The notes under the pieces are model-generated. The model was given only the letters and a program-made list of their open reading frames with translations. It ran no database searches and was not told where the DNA came from. A stretch of 63,780 bases of DNA, counting the filler, from Basidioascus undulatus (taxonomy: Eukaryota): NCBI GenBank assembly GCA_000826855.1. It is 12 parts of 12 records of this genome, joined end to end, with 100 filler letters (N's around TTAATTAATTAA, not from the genome) between each part and the next. Parts side by side here need not be neighbours in the genome. Positions count along the whole stretch, not along the records: positions 49,624 to 53,076 come from JTLS01002407.1; positions 53,177 to 56,648 come from JTLS01002408.1; positions 56,749 to 60,215 come from JTLS01002409.1; positions 60,316 to 63,780 come from JTLS01002410.1; 8 more parts are not named here. One strand, given 5' to 3'. A program made the translations under genes and the position numbers. Below are positions 51,452-63,400 of the stretch, piece by piece. Within the stretch, counting starts at the first letter, position 1. The number at the start of each line of letters is the position of its first letter.

Positions 51452-53073
51452 ATGGCCCAATCCCCGCAGATCTGGGCCCCCCTAAAGCAATGGGAGGACG
51501 TCGACTTCGGACCGCCCATCCGCGCGGTGATCGCGAACGTGTACGGCGAGGACCCCGCCAACTACGCCGAGGCGATCGCCCAGCTCGGAAGGTACCGCCA
51601 GGACGCGACGAGAGGGGCGGGCGCGGATGGGACGGGTGCGTTGAAGGATGGTTCGTGAGGGTGGAAGAGTGAGAGTGTAGGGGAGACTGATGTTGTGGGC
51701 TGGGGAGGACAGGTCGAGATCTACTGCTTAGCTATTATGGGCAGCTTGAGATGCTCGAGCTCCGGTTTCCTGAGCTGCGAGTCCAGTTCCCTTGGTGAGC
51801 AGTCTTCCTTTCTCTCTCCTCCTTTCCTCCTCACAATTTCTTTCCCCCGTTTGTTGTTGATGGGTCACAGGAAGGACGCCTTCACCCAAAAGCCTATCTC
51901 GCAGCACTCGCTCGCGTACGAAAAGGCGTCCATCATCTTCAACATCGCCGCCATCTTCTCCGCTCTCGGCGGATCGTCCAACCGCTCCGACCCCGAGGGC
52001 CTGAAGCGCGCGTTCTACAACTTCCGCGCCGCCGCGGGGCTGTGGGACTACGTGGCGACGAACTTCTTGCATGCTCCGTGCGTCCCTCCCGCCTTCACAC
52101 TCACTCATTAGCTTGGGAGACGCCGAAACAAGGCTGAATGGGAAACGGGGACACGGCAGCTCTACCGATCTCAGCCGCGAGATCGTCAAGTTCCTCGCGG
52201 CGCTCATGCTCGCGCAGGCGCAGGAGGTCTTCCTCGAAAAGACGGCCGAGGACAAGCTCCGCGCGGGGAAGGGCATGGGCATGGTCGCCAAGCTCGCAAG
52301 CCAGGCGGCGTTTCAGTACGGCGCGCTGCTCGACGAGGTGCGCGAGAACGTCGCCAAGGGCGTGTTCGATCGGCATTGGGCGAGCGTGGTGCATGTGCGT
52401 TGGCGGGACTCTCTCTAGAGGAAGTGGGAAGGGAGATGGCTGATTGGGATATTTGGGAGGCAGATCAAGACCCGCTACCTCACTTCCCTCGCGCAGTACT
52501 ACCGCGCGCTGGCGGACTCGTCGGCAAGCAAGCACGGCGAGTCGATCGCGCGGCTCTCCGTCGCGGAAGCGCAAGCGAAAGAAGCGCACAAGCTCGCCTC
52601 AACGTTCACCTCCCTCTTCGGGGGGCCGTGCTCCACCCTCCCGTCCGACACCGCCACGTCGCTGTACGACCTGACGAAGGCGCACCTCGCGCTAGTGAGC
52701 GAGCGCCGGGCGCAAGAACACAAGGACAACGACCTCGTCTACCACGACATCGTCCCCTCTGAGAGCACGCTCCCGCCCGTCGACAAGCTCGCCGCTGCCT
52801 CGGCTGTCTCTATCTCGGACATCTACGCGTCCCCAGACGTGCAGAAGAACATCGGCCTGGACTTGTTTGCGCGCCTCGTCCCGCTCTCAGTCCACGAGTC
52901 CGCCTCGATCTACAGCGAGGAGAAGGCAAAGATCGTCCGCGCCGAGACGGAGCGCGTAGATCTTGCGGACGCGGAAGCGCAGGCGTCGACGGAGTACCTC
53001 GGCTTGCCCGCGGCGCTCGCGAAGTTCAGGCAGGGCGCCGCGGGCGGGGGGCTCGACGCGATCGCGGATCCAG
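51452..53073 (+). CDS. BRO1: Bro1 ESCRT-associated protein, 3' truncated
   Basis: [25 protein letters not shown]...[65 protein letters not shown]. Confidence 0.93.
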
Positions 53074-53176
53074 GTTNNNNNNNNNNNNNNNNNNNNNNNN
53101 NNNNNNNNNNNNNNNNNNNNTTAATTAATTAANNNNNNNNNNNNNNNNNNNNNNNNNNNNNNNNNNNNNNNNNNNN

Positions 53177-54244
53177 TTCTGGGGTAACTCCAACCGAAAG
53201 AGACTGATGAGATTATGCAGACCCTCACACCCTCGCACACCTCCCTCATCGTCCGGCCCGTCTTGACGCTACTCCCTTCGCCCACGCACTCCCTCTCATC
53301 CCCCCATCTCTCCACGCCTTTCGGGAGCCCCACAATCCACTGCGGGACGGTCCTGCCCCTGACAATCTTATCTCCCATCCGAATCAGGTTGAACGCCACC
53401 CCGCCCCGCAGCTTCATCCCGCCCCACAGCGCAAGCTTGACCCGCCCCCTCCGAAACGCGACGCGCAGCCGCCGCTCGTGCTCCTCCTCCGCGAGATCCG
53501 GGTCGTCCGACTCCGCGCCCGTCGTCTCCTCCTCATCCGCGGCCGAGACGATCGTGTACGTCCCAACGTCCCACAGCAGCGTGCCGAACGGCTTGCCGCT
53601 CCCGTTCGTCCCCGCCGAGCGCTCGACCGTGCTGTACGCGATGTGATGCACGGGCGTCTGCACGGCCAGCCGCGTCTCGCGTCGGGCCATGCCGTGCAGG
53701 CCCTTCGGGATCGCCCAGGATAGGGTCCCCCCGTCGCATTGCAGCCGAAGGTCGTAGTGCAGTGCGGTCGCTGGGCAGCCCGAGCCTGTCTCAGAGAACG
53801 GGGTTGGAGAGCGGTCGGTGGCGTGCGCACCTTGGTGGTACTGGATGATAAAGAAGTTTCGCTTTGTATACGCAGGGAATTCTGTCAGAAGTAAACACGA
53901 CAATCAGCTTATTTTCTGAAATGTTAAGTCATGAAGAAGCACCCACTCTTCACAGCCGCCAGTGGGAACCCGAAGGGGTTGTGCACCTGCTCAACCTCCT
54001 TCGTCATGCCATTTCCCTTCTCCGTCTCCTTCTCCTTCTCATGAGCGGGAGGCGGAGGAGGGGGGAGCGGCGGAGGCGTTCTAGCCAGCCTCGGCCGCTT
54101 CCGAGCGACGGGCGAGCCGAAAGCTTCGGCGATGGAGGAAGCAGGCGGGAGGTCGAAAGAGGAGCGCTTGTGCGTGGACGAGATGTGGGTGCTCGACGTC
54201 GGGGACGGAGATGGAATTGGGAATTGGGATGGTGAAAGAGCCAT
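53177..54244 (-). CDS. Stand-alone LigD 3'-phosphoesterase (PE, LigD_N) domain protein with a basic/Pro-rich N-terminus; 3' truncated
   Basis: After removing intron 53771-53830: FFIIQYHQATALHYDLRLQ..GTLSWAIPKG...RLAVQTPVHHIAYSTVE....TLLWDVGTY...L.GGMKL; N-terminal exon has RKRPR. Confidence 0.88.
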
Positions 54245-54627
54245 CGATCAGATTATGAAACGAAGCGGGCTTTGAAGAGACGCGAGCAACAGGGAGTGTC
54301 GTACTACGCGCGAGGCAGATGACAGTTGGGTGGCAACGAGCGCAGCGCGGTGCTTTCGAGGGCGTGTTGCGATTTCCCCACACAGAGCGCTTTCCCTTAC
54401 TCGCAATTATGGGCACACAAGAATTACAACACAACATTTTTATGGTCCACACTTGCAGTCTTAGTCACCAAGGGTTTAGCGCGTAGCGGTACATATCCCA
54501 CCGGAGACGAACGAATCACAAACAAGAGCATCATTCCTCCCCCCTCTCAGCCTCGCATCCCCCTTACACCGCTACACTCGCCCAACCCCCCCGCCTACAA
54601 CGCCACTCTACGTCCGTGTCCGGCCTC

Positions 54628-56648
54628 TTACGCCCCCTTGAGCACCAGCACGCCATCCACCAGGTTTGCGACCCGCTTCAGCAGTGCACCGATCGTCTCC
54701 TTGTTCTTCGGCTCCGCCTTGATCCTCGGCTTGTAGTGAGCCAAGAATTCCTTCGTCGTGAGCCGCCTCTGACTCAAGAGCTCGATCACCTCGGTCTCCG
54801 TCACGAGCGCGCCGGACGGCGCGCGCGCAGCCGTTGGCGCGGCCGTGGGAGGGGGAGTGGCCGCGGCAGCAGGCGCAGGAGGGGACGGCGCGGGCGAAGA
54901 CTCTTTCTTCACGCGCGGCTTCTTGGCCTCAGGCGTCGATTCCCGCTCGAGCTTGCGTTTCGCGCTGCTCGACGCAGCAGTGGGCGCGGGCGCGGGAACA
55001 GTGGCGGCGGGGCTCGTCGCGCGCGCCGGGGCGGGGCTGGCAGAGCGCGAGCCAGGGCGGAGAGGGCTCGTAGCACGCATCGCGACAGCGGCGTTGCCTG
55101 CGCCTGGCGAGGCGCTGCGACCGCCGGGGGCGCGCGCGGAGGGAGAACCGCTTCGGCGGAGGGCGGAGTGTGCGGGGCTCGGCTTCTTCGATTGGCGGTC
55201 GGAGGGCGTCTCCGCCCGCGAGGGAGGCTGCTGCGAGCCGGCGCGAGGGACCTGCGCCTGCGCAGCGGGTTGGGCGGCGGGGGGCTGGGCCGATTGCGTC
55301 GAGGCGACGGACTCGGTCGCGTCCTCTTCGTCTTCCTCCTCCTCCGGCTATGAAAAGCAAGCATGTTCAATTAGCGACGAGCTCCAAGGAAGAGGGAAGA
55401 GATGAGATGGGACTCGGGGAAGGGACGACGCACTTCGCTCAGGTACGGGTTCTCCTCCTCGTCGCTGTCGAAACCAGCGGCGTTCGCGCGATCGAAGCGC
55501 TTGATCGCCTTCTTGATCGCGCGACCGGTACCGGTAAGCTTGGGGCTCGACGCGTCGATGTCCTCATCCTCGTCCCCGGAGGCGCCCGCCTGCTCGACGT
55601 GCCCCTTGTTGGACGCGTACATTTCGCGCTTGATGCGCTCCTGTTCACGAGCCGACCGATACCGAAGTTGAGCGAGATGGCGAGGGAGTTAGGGAAGGCG
55701 AAGCGAGGATAGACGAACCTCAAGCTCCCTCGTCTCCTCGTCGTCCCCGCCATCTCCGAACAAGTTGTCTTCATCGTCCTGGAACTCCTCCGCCTCGTCG
55801 TAGTCCACCTCCTCGTAGTCGCCTTCCGCGCCGCCCTGGGGTCAAGGCACGTCATCATCTCATCGCGTCAGCGATCTGGCACTCGAGAGGAAAGAGTAGA
55901 TCCATGAGCACGAAACATGCAAGCGAAGCAACAATGTGACAGCCAGAGAAACGTCGACATGTATCCTCCACGATCCGTCTCACGAAACCCCGAAGAGGAG
56001 AAAGTAAGGAGCTGACTCTCACCTCGTTCCGCCGCCCATCTTCATCCCCAACCTGGCCGCGGTCAACAGCAAACCGCGACGACGTCCCAGGCAATGCCAT
56101 GGACGGCGACGGGCGGCCGGCGGCGAGAAGACGCTCGCGTGCACCGCCGCTCAACGGGGTCGTTCCTGGAGTGGAGGCGGAGGGGGAGGAGCCGGCAGCC
56201 GGGGCGGTGCGGTTACGCATGAGCCAGCGCTCGTGAGGGTCGAGGGAGCGAGCGAACTGCGCGAAGAACGAAACAGGTTCAGCCTTCGCCTGAGACCGAG
56301 ACGTGGAATAACGCACCTCGGCCTCGGCCTCGTCCATGGTGAGCGTGTCGTAGCTGGCCTTAGGCAGGAACTTGTAGACACGGTTGCAAGGCACGACGTC
56401 GAACTGGGTGCCCTCGCCCCTCACGACGAGGAAGACATAGTTGGATTCGCCCGGCTTACCCTCGAGGTTGCCCTCCCAGCGCTCCTTGCCATCGTCGTCC
56501 TCGAGGACCCACGGGAGGCGCTCGCTCCGTCGGAGGGCGAGGACGTCCTTGTCGGCCTGGAAGACCTGCTTCGTCTTCTTCTGAAAGTACTTCTTCTTCT
56601 TCTGGTCGCCGCCGCGCGCAGGAGGCTGTCCAGGCCGTCCTCGCCAGC
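54628..56648 (-). CDS. TFG1: Transcription factor IIF alpha subunit (Tfg1), 5' truncated
   Basis: FQKKTKQVF, RRSERLPWVLED..WEG..EG, VVPCNRVYKF.P..YDTLT.DEAE, DYEEVDY..EEFQDDED, C-terminal winged-helix-like region ending LLKRVANLVDGVLVLKGA*. Confidence 0.88.
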
Positions 56649-58279
56649 NNNNNNNNNNNNNNNNNNNNNNNNNNNNNNNNNNNNNNNNNNNNTTAATTAA
56701 TTAANNNNNNNNNNNNNNNNNNNNNNNNNNNNNNNNNNNNNNNNNNNNGACCACCCCCGGCATGACCGCCGCATTCCACCCCGCCGCCTATCCCCCCGCA
56801 ACGACCGCCTACCCGCCGCAGCACCAGCCGCACCGGGCCTTCCTCGCGCACCCGCCCGCGCTCCCTCCTCCCCCACCTCCGCAGCAAGGGAATGGCGTGT
56901 ATGCGACGGGGAGTAGTCTGGACGCTGGGACCGGGGACGGGGAGTGGGTGGGGGTGAAGGGCGGGGGATGAAGGGGATTGACGAAGGGAGGGGGATGAAG
57001 AGCAGTGGGAGGTCGCGCATTGGGGAGTTCGGCACGCGTATGCATTTATCTTGGCGCGCACGGGCATTTAGTCTTTTACTGAGACGCATGAACATGTTCC
57101 TCGAGTCCAATTGGTGAAACTCAGCACACGGCAGCGTGAACATGCACGAGCCAAGACCATGAGTTGGTGGTGCGACTTGCTGTGTACTCTGTGAAAGGCG
57201 CTGGGTTACAGAGGCCGGACCATGTACTACAAGCGCGCTGAGTGTTTTGGGGAACCTATTTCGGAGAGGATGTCCTCGCGGTCGGTGCAATCGTTGTGGG
57301 CGTGTGCTCTCCGCACGGCATGAAAGGCTAGCTGTTTGCTATTTCTGCCTCACCATACGTAACAAGTTCGTTACCTTTGGTGTGGCCCAATAGGCTATCA
57401 TGCGACTAAGGTCGCATCTACAAGCGTATGTGCCTTCTAAAAGCGTCCAGGTTGAGCGGCAGAGCGCTCCGAAGTCGTAGCCCACTCCCTTTCAAGGCGA
57501 CTCTGCGCGTGAGTTGTCACTCCGTGTTCTGAAGTCCTCTTTTTGTATAGTTATTCTGCATAAACACTTTTTGTGCCTCTGAGGGTTTGCAAGCTGCGCA
57601 GCGCAGCAAAATGTGGCGGAGCTTGAGGCGGAGTTCATTAAGCGTGGGCGCGGATCTCCCGCGAGCAGTGAAGTTGAAGCACCATCTACGATCGTGACCG
57701 TTGGTGTTTTTCTTTTTCCGCGCGCGTCCGCAGCGCTAAACTAACTTCTCGCGCTGGGCCTGCAAACACAGTGCTCGCTCGCTCGACCTGCTTTTCTCAG
57801 CGCTGTTTTTCAGCCTGTGCCAGTATAATATGAAATGTGCGAGAGTATTCTGAAAAGATGAGTCTGGAATGAATGGAGGAGGTGCAAGCGCGAGAGAACG
57901 GCAGCAGACGTGGGATGATAGCAAGCCACTCCGTCTCGACTCGCGCGAGCGTCATTCACCCCGCAGTTTCCTGCCCTGCATTCCTATCCTTGTCCTCGAC
58001 CATCCAGATTCCACTTGCACTTGAACCCAGCGCAGGACGCCTCTTCTTGCCTTCGCTCCACCACCATCCCCTTTTCCCCTTCTCCTTGCCAGGCCAGCGG
58101 CCCATCCCTCCCCCTTCCTCCCCCGCCTTCGCAGATCCCCATCGTCTGAGCTGCGCTCGACGACAACTCACCTGCCCAAACACACCTGCACGGTATCTTA
58201 TAATCGCTTTATTCGCACAGGGTTCCTGGTGAACCCATTTTCCACCCTACACAACCTCTTCACACACCACACAACCACA

Positions 58280-60197
58280 ATGCACGCCCCTATCCTCTTC
58301 ACTGCCCTCGCGGCCCTCTCGACCGCCGCGACCGCCGCGCCGCTTCACCGCACGCGCTCGCAGTGGTGGCCCTACCCGCCCACCGACAACTCCAACAACA
58401 ACGGCGACTGCGCCGCACTGCCCGTCTACGCGCGCGAGCCGACGCCCGAGGAGATGCACCGCCTCGCGGCGCGCCAGGCGTCGTGCGGGGAGGGTTACCG
58501 CCGCGCAAACGCAACGGCCAGCGCGAGCGCGAGCACCAGCAATGGCGGGAGCGGGATCGGGCTGGGGCTGGGCCTCGGCGGGATCAGCGTCGGCGTGAGC
58601 TTGGGCTTGGGCGGGGGCGACGCGACGCCGACCGCGACAACGACGGCTTGGACGTCGACGAGCACTAGCTCGGCGCCCACCCCGTCCAACACCGTCGTCA
58701 GGGAGTGGTACACTTTGGTCGATGAGGCGGTGCGTCTCCTTCTTCTCTACTTTGGGATCTTGCTCTGATGGCGCTGCGGGAGTAGTCTGGCACGTCCTTC
58801 TTCGATTCGTGGGACTTCTGGAACTACGACGACCCGACGCACGGTATCGTTGGTACGTCGCCCCGTATCCTCCGTAGATTCTAGTAAGAGAATAACCTTG
58901 AGGCTCTCGAACAGACTACCAGTCCGCTTCGGGCGCCTGGGACAACGGCCTCGTCGGCTTCTCCGAGGCCGGCAACGCGCTCATGAAGGTCGAGACGACG
59001 CAGACGGTGTCTGGCAACCGCAGTACGTCTTCCTCAGTTTTTTGTTATTCATATTTCCTCCTTTCTTGTTTTTTATTGTCCGAGCACTCGCTAACCGCGC
59101 GCTCGGTTGCTCGCTCGGCCCGCAGAGTCCATCCGCCTGCACGGCAAGACGACCTTCAACGGCGGCCTCGTCATGCTTGACGTCGTTCACATGCCTGTGG
59201 GATGTGGAACATGGCCAGCTTTTTGGGCCAACGGTTGAGTTATTTCAACATTTGCAGCGTGCGATGCGATGTTGCGATGTTGGCTGACGAGCTCGTGCGG
59301 TCCGGCGGCACCTCCTTTCTCGGCACACAGGTCCTAACTGGCCCGTGAGTTGGTGTACCTTTGACCTATGCTTGTTATTATATATCTGACCGCCAAAAAA
59401 CATATTCAGTACGGCGGCGAGATCGATATCCTCGAGGGCGTGAACGAGTAGTGCGTCCACCTCCGTCCACCGCCTCCCCCCATACCGCCTCCCTAACACC
59501 CCTTTCACCCACCGCAGCACCGAGAACCAAGTCTCGATCCACACCGGCTCCGGGTGCACGATCCCGCAGTCGTCTACGTCCTCCTTCTCGGGCCAGCTCA
59601 CGCTCTCCGACCCATCCGCGTACAACTGCGCCTCGTACGAGACGGCCAACCAGGGTTGCGGGATTCGCGACACCAACAACCAGGCGGCGTACGGCCGTGG
59701 GCTGAACGCGGCGGGCGGGGGCGTGTACGCGATGCTCTGGAACGAGGACGGGATCAAGGGTGCGTGTGCTCGGTTTCGAAGGGAAGAAGATGGGATGGAG
59801 CTGATGAGTGTGTGTCGATGGATGGACAGTGTGGTTCTTCGGCCGCAACAACATCCCGTCCGACATCCAGCAGTCCAACCCCGCCCCGTCCACGTGGGGC
59901 ACACCCGTCGCCGCATACGCGTCCACGAGCTGCAACCCGTTCGAGTACTTCAAGGACAACTTTGCGATCTTTGTTCGTCCACCTTTCCTTCTCTCTCTTA
60001 CACCGATCTCAACGCTGACGTCTGTCGTTTACGCGCGCGCCAGGACACCACCCTCTGCGGCGACTGGGCCGGCAACGTCTGGAACACGGGCGGCGTCGCG
60101 GGCCAGTCGCAGAGCTGCGCGGCCATGACGGGCTACGACACGTGCGAGTCGTACGTCCGCGCGAACGGCGACAAGTTCCAGGAGGCGTACTGGGAGG
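58280..60197 (+). CDS. Secreted GH16 endo-1,3(4)-beta-glucanase (Lam16A-like), 3' truncated
   Basis: Signal peptide; FFDSWDFWNYDDPTHG, SIRL, DVVHMPVGCGTWPAFW, GPNWP/YGGEIDILEGVN (EIDIxE), GGGVYAMLW, DTTLCGDWAG, FQEAYWE. Confidence 0.95.
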
Positions 60198-60635
60198 TGC
60201 GTCTTCCCCTTCCCCNNNNNNNNNNNNNNNNNNNNNNNNNNNNNNNNNNNNNNNNNNNNTTAATTAATTAANNNNNNNNNNNNNNNNNNNNNNNNNNNNN
60301 NNNNNNNNNNNNNNNGGCGGCGCCACGGTAGCGGAGGGAAGGGGGTGATGCGAGAAGAAGAGGGGGAGATGCGAGTGAGATCGATTTCTGCTTGAGCTAG
60401 ATGAAGCTTACTTCTTGGTTTCTTGTGTTTAGATTCGGGAGGATAGGTCAGCAGGGAGTGAGAAGGTAGTCAGTGAGGGCCGGCACGGTCTTCTCGACTG
60501 AGCCTTGACACCCAGACGCCCACAGGCCACCGTCTGGAAATGCGCACATTTACTGCATCTCCAGGTACCTTTTTATGGGTACCCCATTTATCCTATAAAC
60601 GTTTTCCCTGAGCCTGTGGCACAAGAAACCGTCCA

Positions 60636-61600
60636 TTATTGAGAACTGCTGGGCGGTGAAGTGCACTTATAAAGTCGCGTGCGGTCCCTCACTTCCCAAA
60701 GCGTCCCGTCTGTGACTCCCTCTTCGAGCCAATCCCAGTCACGCTCAATCAAAAGCGTTACGAGCTTGACTTTGCGAGGCTCAGGTATGTAGTAAGCCAG
60801 GAGCTTGTCGAATTCAGTTTTCCGGTAGTTGAGGTGGCTAGCGTTGAACGTTCCGTAAATCAAGAAGAAGAAGAAGATCTTCTTCAAGGACCGTGAGTTC
60901 TGAACGAGGTCGCTTACGCCGGCCATGTAAGTCTCGTAATATACGGACCAACCGTCTCCGGGCGCAGGTAGTGCCAGGTGAGAGAGCTGCGGCATATCGA
61001 GGAGCTGGCAGACTGCAGACGAACAGTCGAAATCTACCCTCACGAACAGGTGCGTGACAGGACTCGGTCAGAGGTCAATGCGCATGTCATACAAGCGTTC
61101 GAGTGGAAGCGTGAGCTGTTGCGGCGTCGAAGGCAGCCGGTTTGAAGGTCGGAACCGATACGACCATCCGTCGTTGCTGGGCCAATGCAGCATCAAGCGC
61201 TTGTACGTGCGGCAATCGGCGCACATGAGGGGAATTAGGGTTTTAAGAGATATTCGTATAGCGTAGACTGTGGCATCATCCCGGCTTTTGTGCAAAAGAG
61301 GCAGGATGGAGCGTCTCCGTTGTCGCAAGCGCATGCGGATTGCCCTCAACAGAGCGTGCGAAGCAGCCAAGACGGCGAGCGCTCTCCTCGGGGTTGTCCC
61401 CCCAGACCGAGTCTCTCAAGTCGACCCTCGAGTAGAGTTTGCTCCTCTCGAGCGCGTGAAATGAGCGCGAGACGAGGCGAAGCGAAGCGAGCGTCTCGAT
61501 CGATGCCTTTGTGGACGGGCCGCGGGGCGGCGCGAGAGCCGCGCAACTCCTTCGATGATGAGTTTGAAGATATCGAGTGGGAGATGGGGCACAGCCACTG
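60636..61600 (-). pseudogene. F-box-like protein, frameshifted
   Basis: PHLPLDIFKLIIE in one frame and LASLRLVSRSFHAL..KLYSRVDL in another; further stop at 61276 and frame changes; C-terminus MPQLSHLAL..GTLWE. Confidence 0.6.
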
Positions 61601-63400
61601 ATCGAGAGGTTCCGGGTAGGGCTGTATACTCGAAGTTTGCGAGAGAGGAGCTGGTAGCCGATGCGGGCTGAGGGCGACCATGGGGGTCGAAAGCAAGAGC
61701 ACGCGGCAGCGGATCCAAACGCATCCGTGTCCGCCCGGTATGCAGAAACTCTCCTACCCCCCCCCCAAAAAAAAAGAAAAAAATGAAGTCTCACGCTCTT
61801 TTCAGACCTTGCTCCCCACAGCTCACATTCTGCATAGGTGGCGGGACGGTTCACACAGTGCCCTCGACTACACCTTTCAACGGGCTACACCTTTCACCGC
61901 CTGGACACGCAAGCCGAACAATCCGACCGAACATTTAATGTGCACATTGTCTGCAGCTTCCTGGCACCCCGGCCACACTCCGCCAGCACTACAGCGATGC
62001 AAGCACTAGCTATACTGCAGTCAGGTTCGTCACCTCGCTAGGATAATGCAATAACCTGGAGCCGTCTACGACTGTAGGCCTACAGCTTAGAGCTTCGCAA
62101 CTTTCGATTCAGCTTGGTACCTTTTTGACCTTCTGTCGTCAGGCTCACGGCGCATTGAAATGGAAGCGGTAGGCACACTGACTGTTGCTTGTCCAGCACT
62201 CTCATATTGAGGAAAAGTGAACAATGGTGGAAGATTTGCCAATAAAGAATTTCTGGAATCTAGATTCAGCGGAGGGTCATTCACTTGGTTGGTCGAAGTT
62301 GCCAGCAGTCCAGTGGCTTCGGTGAACAACCGATCTCGCTGGCCCTGCAGACGTTCCGCCCAGAAAGACACAGAGTGATTTTTTCCCCGAGTTGGTATAT
62401 ACCGCAAGTAGACCTAAATCGCTTCAAAACGTCACTGCCCGCACGACTCGGACATAATCTATGGGACAGACAGTGGCCCTGCAGAGTCTGACTGCGCCGC
62501 AAAGTAGCTTGGCCACCCAGGTTGCACGGTGGTGGAGAGCGCCCCCCAAGCCTAGGCTGGACTGTTGTGTTTGGGGCTCAATGTGGACTTCGTTTGCCCC
62601 GGAGGGGAAGAAGGTCGATGCTGCGGCGACCATTGCTTTAGGAAGGTAGCAAGCTGTTGCACGCCGGCAAGCGGGTCTGCACATTACTCAAGGCAACCGG
62701 GGACTGTCTATCTGCCCATACCCGGATCCGAAGGCAGAGAAACACTGTCATTGCTGCTGTACCATGGGCAATGCATCTGCCAACCAGTGCTGGGTAATTT
62801 GTCGCTGCATGTAGTTTCCCGTCGAGTTTGCTTTTTGTCACGCGTCACACGCTGACACGCGACGGATCCCCCGCACGCTGCCGTTCCGCTCGCTTGCTCC
62901 TCCCAGCCTGTGCTGCAGTCCGCATTGTTTTCCACGTCCTGCACGACCATCTCACCGTTCAGCACGCCCAAATCTACGGCGAGCACGTCCTTCACAACAT
63001 CCGCAGCGACGTCGAAGCCTTCCAGGCATAGGCACGGCGACACTGCCACACCTGTCGTAGAGGACCGAGCTTGAGCTCGCGCGCCGGGCCGCCCCCTGCA
63101 CCTACACTTGGCCTCCCGCACTGACGAGGCGCTCGTACGAGCATTCGTGCTGCAATAGCCGGCCATACAGGTGAGCCTTTAATGGAGATTAAGTGGCATG
63201 GCTGGTCCTGGGATGTGATGGGAACTAGGAGAACACCCTGGGCGGTGTGGTAGTGCCGCCAGCTCGCTGCGAAGCCGGTGGTGTCTTCCTCTGCCCGCGA
63301 TACAGTGCTGCCCTTTCTTGTCCTCCATCTCCATCTTCACCATCCAACTCAAGCGAAGATCTGATCGCCTTGAACCGTTGTCTGGCAGCTCAGACCTCGG

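Noticed and set aside
35295..56648. Apparent MAT-linked neighbourhood MRF1-HD1/HD2-SMD3-DIP2-SFM1-BRO1-TFG1
   Set aside because: Apart from the SFM1-BRO1 pair, these genes lie on separate size-ordered contigs, so adjacency to the HD locus is an artefact
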